From the NCBI GenBank assembly GCA_964636965.1, contig CAZWST010000003.1, forward strand, positions 900-64,899: 64,000 nt of DNA. Direction: 5' to 3'. Position 1 is the first letter of the stretch. The number at the start of each line of letters is the position of its first letter. The notes beneath the pieces were generated by a model that saw only the letters and a list, made by a program, of their open reading frames with translations, had not been told where the DNA came from and did no database searches. The translations under genes were made by a program, and so were the position numbers. Source of the DNA: an uncultured Muribaculaceae bacterium. Its GTDB lineage: Bacteria > Bacillota_I > Bacilli_A > RF39 > UBA660. Below, piece after piece: positions 60,001-64,000 of the stretch.

Positions 60001-63000
60001 TGTAGTCAAAGTTGACAATAGTTCTTTAGAGATAAATGATGGACAATTCATAATAGATTATAATAATTACTATGGAACTATGCCTAGCGATTCTTCAGCA
60101 ATTTATATTAACTCTGGTAAAGTAATTATAAATAACGGATACTTTTCAGCTTTTACGAAAACAGCGGCTACAAAAACCAAAACAATTTACATAAACTCTT
60201 CTGAATTAACTATTAACGGTGGGGTTTTTGAAAAAAGCTATTATGGGATTTATATAAATACTACAGCATCTGAAATTAATATAAATGGTGGATCAATTTC
60301 TGCAACTTCTAATGCAATAAATCAAGGATATTGTTCAGCAGGAAATTATGCTAAAGTATTTGTAACAAGTGGTATGATAGAAGGCGGATCATCAGGAATT
60401 TATGGAGGAGAAATAAATGTCGTAGGAGGCACAATAAAAGGAAGAGGCCTTTATGGTATAACTGGTAATACAATAATTATTGGAGAAAATGACATTGAAG
60501 TAAAAGATAAACCAATAATATACGGAAGGACAGCTATATATGCCACTACGCCTCATTACTACTATGATGGGATACTATATGGAATTGAAAAAGTAGTTAA
60601 CACGCCTTTTACTAACACAGCTAGTGGGTATCGTATAGAGAATAGTGAGGAAACTATTGATAATATTAATTATAAAAAATATGAGTTAAAAGAGAATGGT
60701 GCCTATTTAAAAATTGGAGATAATCTATTTAATTCATTTGATAAGGCAATTGATAGTGTTCAAGAAAATGAAACTATTCAAGTTGTTGGTAATGCCTTAG
60801 TTTCTGAACGTCCAATTATTCCGACTGATAAGAGTTTTACATTAGATTTGAATGGTTATACAATTCAATTGACAATTCCAATTACTAATAATGGGACATT
60901 AATTATTGACGATTCAAGTGAAGATAAGTCTGGAACGCTTTATTCTTCTGAAGTAGGAGCTGTCGTTGATAATTTTGGAACATTAACTTTAGAGAATGGA
61001 AACATTATTAAAGATTCAACAGACAGCACAGCGTATGGTATCAACTCAAAGGGAAATCTTACAATAAATGGGGGTAAAATTAGTAGCAAAAAAACTGGCA
61101 TTCATGTTTATTCATCTTCGACAAATACTACAATAATAAATGGTGGAATTATCGAAAACTGCGATATCGGCCTTTATTTATATACTGCTACTACAATTAA
61201 TAACGTAACCATAACAAATTGTAGAGTAGGTATTTACACTCTTGGATCTCCTACTATAAATATAAATGATGGTGCTATTTCTGCAACCGAGTCAGGCATA
61301 GTAAGTGAAAAATATAATATTCGTCTGCGTGGGGGTAGTATTTATGGCGAAAAGCAAGGTGTTAAAGGATATATATATATTTACGCTGGACGAATTGAAG
61401 GCAATCTATATGGAGTACTTGGAGGAGTTTATGCCTATGGAGGCGAAGTTGTCGGTGGAGAATATGGTGTAAGAGGTTCAGCGACTTTGGGAACAAGTTC
61501 CGCTAATTTATCTGATGGGGCCACTATTATCGGAAATCTTTATGGCATATATGGAGGAACTATTAAATGGTATAATGGTACCGTAAAAGGTAAGACGGGA
61601 GTGGATAATAGCCAAATTACGGGCATAAGAGAAGGATATAAATTGGGTGAAGATACTGAAATTATAAATGGTGAAGAATACGTCGTTAATAGATTAGTAG
61701 TTGGAGACCCTGTTATATATAATGGTGATATTGGCTACTCTATAGCATCTGATGCTTTTAAAAATGCACAATCTGGCGACACACTTAAGCTAGTAGGAGA
61801 CATAGTTAGTTCATATCAAATTTCTAACCAATCATCTAATACTTTAACAATAGATTTAAATGGACATACATATTTAACTTCAGCGATGATTTACAATTAT
61901 GGAACTTTATATATTAAAGATACATCAGATGAAAAACAATCTCTTTTGAAATTTTCTAATTCTAATTATATCTCTAATATAAGTGGTGGTAAACTTTATA
62001 TAGATGATGTTGATATAACGACTGTAGGGAAAAAAGTAGCTGCAATTGAAAATGGAGGTAATTCTACCATTAATAACTCTCAAATAACTGGAGGATATGC
62101 TATTAAAAATTCAGGGATACTTTACTTAAATAATTCAATTTTATCAATGACAGGATCTTATACTTATGGACTAATGAATGAAAAAAAAGCCTTTATTGAT
62201 GGTGGCAAAATTGAATTTAAAAGTGGAGGAACAGGAACTTTGATTTATCAAAATAAGTCTAATACTAATATAACAGTGGAAAACGCTCATATTGATGGAT
62301 TGGCTTCGTTGGATGATGATCATGGCATAGAACTTAATTACGGAACAGCTCCTATATTCAGAAACAATACAATCGAAACAAGAATAAAATTGGGTTCGAA
62401 TGTTGGAAAAACTGTAATAGAGGGAAATACTATCTCAAGAGGAGGAACTTCTTCATTTAGCACTAGTGGAAATGATGCCTTATCAGCTGTTTATAGTGAG
62501 ACAACATTAGATTTTATTAATAATACAATTACTGTAACTAATCCAAATGCAAATCATAATAGATCAGTTAAATATGGCGTATACAGTAAAAAAGATATAA
62601 CCGCTGTTGGCAACACTATTAATTTTATAAATGAGACAGATGAAAAAATCAATATAAACATTGCTATTTATAATAATGGTAAAACGGCAACAATTGATAA
62701 TAATAGAATTGATATAAGCAATGCTAATACAGCAACAGGAATATTAGTTTCATCTACAACGCAACAAACTAATTTAAATTCTAATCATATATCAATTAAC
62801 AATTCTCTTTATGGTAGAGGAATATATAATAACGGAAAAATTGACATTGGTCATATTGAAAATAAAACAAAAAATATAATAGAACTTGATAATAATACAA
62901 CAGCATATGGTATATATATGAATAATGGTGCTCTTAAATTGAATGATAATAATGCTGACACAGATATTTTCGTAAGGAATTCTGATAAAGGTTATGGTAT

Positions 63001-63379
63001 ATATAATAAAGCTGGCACTTTTGAATTACTATCAAATAATGCTCAAACTAACATAAAGGCATATGATTCAAAAGAGGCATATGGGATATATATAAGTGGT
63101 GGAAGTGTAACATTGGGCGAAAAGGATTCTTCTTCAAATAGTGGTACAACTGAAGCTGACATAAATTATCAAACGCCATTAATATCTGCTCTTGGTACTA
63201 CATCGGGAATAGGAGTAAAAAAGAATGGTGGAACGTTCAATTTCTATGATGGTAAAGTTATTGGTAACACTAACTCAATACCTGATACAGTTACAGATAC
63301 AGAATATTACTATGAAGTTATAAGAAGAAAAGATGAACAAAATGGATATGAATATTCGATACTTGAATATTTGGCATAG
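57074..63379 (+). CDS. Giant N-terminally anchored surface protein (2101 aa) with beta-helix-like repeats and a poly-Thr linker; putative adhesin
   Basis: RBS AAGGTGAG. Leader MKKNSKIVLIIVLILAIGFASVSTVL homologous to the two other leaders. T16 tract. Numerous repeats (GGxxxNxG, NNGTLTL, ISGGTFDG). No LPXTG or C-terminal anchor. Confidence 0.7.
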   Translation: MKKNSKIVLIIVLILAIGFASVSTVLKLGGTTKVGFNEEDFVSNIIFTRSVLDDEDISEETIIEEGKKIKFVTKKLTTVGESTVLDYTVTNKSKQYAARGYVKTFEYNPEYIKIENGPANYDLLPDSSEDGEMVITLIKPLTEDKDVEVTIEIEFGPIDKEDVTTTTTTTTTTTTTTTTEVAGEKYDLTIDPDGGIYNGSNEIINRKVLKDTEVTLNEITKEGYIFSHWQVNETDKLDGNTITITQNTTIKAIWINTDDIVAKIDDEYYNSVQSAFNAAKTNDEIILLKDTEETSTNKKEVVLNLDSHKITGSITNDGKLRIDNGEIENTNGAAIINNGTLTLGNNEGTISTETPSIIGASIGIEQKGTLNFYDGYVEGVVGINGDVANTPEEYYVFVDHNDIKNCQKVYLVKEVTRAVVKTTTNGEVYYYNLQDAINKSLISSYPIYAMRDFEAAYTLSITNNKPILFDIIGYTVNLGNTITNSGSLTLTNSVTESGTLTTSFPIVNNNNLSLSNIKISSTTTENAIENNKKLAINKSTITAKSGYALKTNSSNVTIDSTSTLESSKRALYVNTKGLMVSTGNIGGADISSSGELIVAGATIRSKTGPSIINNGKLEVRSGNVYSQPYERGINSTGNNNRVDIKGGYISELYISSGTLNISGGEFHLRSECAVNALSSSVTISGGTFDGSLATALYFSGSTANVTNATISDGDNGVLINNSDVTINNITINNNWTDIGIVMNSGNLSISDANINVDEYAIKQAGGTIYYGSETSSSIASPLIMADMYGVYKTGGIFNFYSGKIAGKTGAISGTYDNYPSMMTSEETTETINDSEYKVNTLTELKDFIELVETGAVYSSFVNAISDISTEGTLLLKTSASITENIDIPSNKKITIDTNGYKTNLSKMITNNGQLTIKSSAQKFGEIISSIDTMITNNATLILESNSFLNSKGTVLINNGSEAKTTINSGIYQGQLYVVKVDNSSLEINDGQFIIDYNNYYGTMPSDSSAIYINSGKVIINNGYFSAFTKTAATKTKTIYINSSELTINGGVFEKSYYGIYINTTASEININGGSISATSNAINQGYCSAGNYAKVFVTSGMIEGGSSGIYGGEINVVGGTIKGRGLYGITGNTIIIGENDIEVKDKPIIYGRTAIYATTPHYYYDGILYGIEKVVNTPFTNTASGYRIENSEETIDNINYKKYELKENGAYLKIGDNLFNSFDKAIDSVQENETIQVVGNALVSERPIIPTDKSFTLDLNGYTIQLTIPITNNGTLIIDDSSEDKSGTLYSSEVGAVVDNFGTLTLENGNIIKDSTDSTAYGINSKGNLTINGGKISSKKTGIHVYSSSTNTTIINGGIIENCDIGLYLYTATTINNVTITNCRVGIYTLGSPTININDGAISATESGIVSEKYNIRLRGGSIYGEKQGVKGYIYIYAGRIEGNLYGVLGGVYAYGGEVVGGEYGVRGSATLGTSSANLSDGATIIGNLYGIYGGTIKWYNGTVKGKTGVDNSQITGIREGYKLGEDTEIINGEEYVVNRLVVGDPVIYNGDIGYSIASDAFKNAQSGDTLKLVGDIVSSYQISNQSSNTLTIDLNGHTYLTSAMIYNYGTLYIKDTSDEKQSLLKFSNSNYISNISGGKLYIDDVDITTVGKKVAAIENGGNSTINNSQITGGYAIKNSGILYLNNSILSMTGSYTYGLMNEKKAFIDGGKIEFKSGGTGTLIYQNKSNTNITVENAHIDGLASLDDDHGIELNYGTAPIFRNNTIETRIKLGSNVGKTVIEGNTISRGGTSSFSTSGNDALSAVYSETTLDFINNTITVTNPNANHNRSVKYGVYSKKDITAVGNTINFINETDEKININIAIYNNGKTATIDNNRIDISNANTATGILVSSTTQQTNLNSNHISINNSLYGRGIYNNGKIDIGHIENKTKNIIELDNNTTAYGIYMNNGALKLNDNNADTDIFVRNSDKGYGIYNKAGTFELLSNNAQTNIKAYDSKEAYGIYISGGSVTLGEKDSSSNSGTTEADINYQTPLISALGTTSGIGVKKNGGTFNFYDGKVIGNTNSIPDTVTDTEYYYEVIRRKDEQNGYEYSILEYLA
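57563..57610 (+). repeat. 16-codon threonine tract (ACA/ACT/ACG/ACC imperfect trinucleotide repeat) inside the 2101-aa gene
   Basis: aca aca act act aca aca act acg aca act acc aca act aca aca aca, encoding T16 between the N-terminal domain and the repeat region. Confidence 0.8.
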
Positions 63380-63387
63380 GAGTAAAT

Positions 63388-64000
63388 ATGAAAAAAAAGA
63401 TAATCATAAAAATAGCAATAGTAGCAATAATTATTGCTTTACTAATAGGACAGAATATTTATATAAAGGCAACAAATTTAACGAAACTTGAAAGAATAAA
63501 GGTTAAAGAACAATTTAATATAATAGAAAGTAGCCTTTCTGAACTAAGCCAAGATTATAAAAAAGAAAATGATCAATGTATAAGTTTTGCAATGTACCTT
63601 TTAAACTCTATAAAAGATGATAAAGATATAAATAGTAGCAAATTAAGCAAAACAATAAAAGAATATATTAATTTTGACATGTCGGAGAGTGATATTGAAA
63701 ACATTGGTATAACTATCTATTTATCTAATAGGTTTATTATATATGATAATGAAAATCATGTTTATAAAATTGATAGTGAAGATAAGACAAATTCTGAGAT
63801 AGCACAGGAAGAAATAGAAAAATATAAAATTAAAAAAATAAGGAAAATTGGCAATAAATACGTTGTTTATTATGATAAGCATGTGTTTAACAATCCTTAC
63901 GAAATTTTAAATTATTATAATGATAATCATTCAGAAACTGATGTATCAAAATTAATTGATTATTTAAATGGTAAGGCTACTAAAAGAGAAATAGATATGC
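63388..64000 (+). CDS. Hypothetical membrane-anchored protein, 5' partial (runs off the window end)
   Basis: RBS AGGAG before ATG 63388. N-terminal TM IIIKIAIVAIIIALLI. Open reading frame continues to position 64000. Confidence 0.45.
   Translation, partial: MKKKIIIKIAIVAIIIALLIGQNIYIKATNLTKLERIKVKEQFNIIESSLSELSQDYKKENDQCISFAMYLLNSIKDDKDINSSKLSKTIKEYINFDMSESDIENIGITIYLSNRFIIYDNENHVYKIDSEDKTNSEIAQEEIEKYKIKKIRKIGNKYVVYYDKHVFNNPYEILNYYNDNHSETDVSKLIDYLNGKATKREIDM

Noticed and set aside
53400-63379. Tandem nucleotide repeats or a CRISPR-like array within the giant genes
   Set aside because: The periodicity is at the protein level: degenerate 20-25 aa beta-helix-like repeats within continuous ORFs. 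There are no short exact direct repeats with unique spacers.
1-64000. Mobile element, prophage or genomic island boundaries
   Set aside because: No integrase, transposase, recombinase, tRNA target or terminal inverted repeats were seen. Base composition appears uniformly AT-rich throughout.

Overview
Strongly AT-rich (low-GC) Firmicutes-type chromosomal window with dense, mostly plus-strand coding and Gram-positive-style RBSs, rho-independent terminators and extended -10 promoters (TGnTATAAT). No rRNA, tRNA, CRISPR array, integrase or transposase was recognised.

Recognisable housekeeping genes: inorganic pyrophosphatase, an S11 D-Ala-D-Ala carboxypeptidase, a CAT-family acetyltransferase, RluB and RlmD rRNA-modification enzymes, a ZIP metal transporter, RNase J, CtpA (S41 peptidase), cysteinyl-tRNA synthetase, a YugP-like Zn peptidase, a GT8 glycosyltransferase, an AI-2E transporter, a NUDIX/NrtR-like protein and a RecX-like protein.

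Sporulation and germination genes show a spore-former lineage:
- SpoVS.
- A Spo0A homolog with Asn at the phospho-acceptor position, preceded by consensus 0A boxes.
- A gerA-type germinant receptor operon (A-C-B order, minus strand).

The most unusual content is three groups of uncharacterised surface or secretion genes:
1. At 1-10.2 kb, a duplicated, translationally coupled pair (membrane-anchored ~240-310 aa protein plus ~1100 aa signal-peptide-bearing cysteine-rich protein) with no recognisable family. The second copy carries two extra membrane proteins.
2. At 21-28.6 kb, a WYL-domain regulator coupled to an M16 peptidase pair (one active HxxEH, one inactive), followed by a SIS-like protein, a PfkB kinase and an ABC exporter with a degenerate signature.
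3. At 28.9-30.6 kb and 52.8-63.4 kb, three N-terminally anchored surface proteins that share a ~150 aa leader domain. One carries DUF285 (Mycoplasma-type LRR) repeats. Two are giant (1221 and 2101 aa) beta-helix-repeat proteins, one with a 16-Thr linker.

Also notable is an 11-codon Cys-Cys mini-ORF immediately upstream of cysS.
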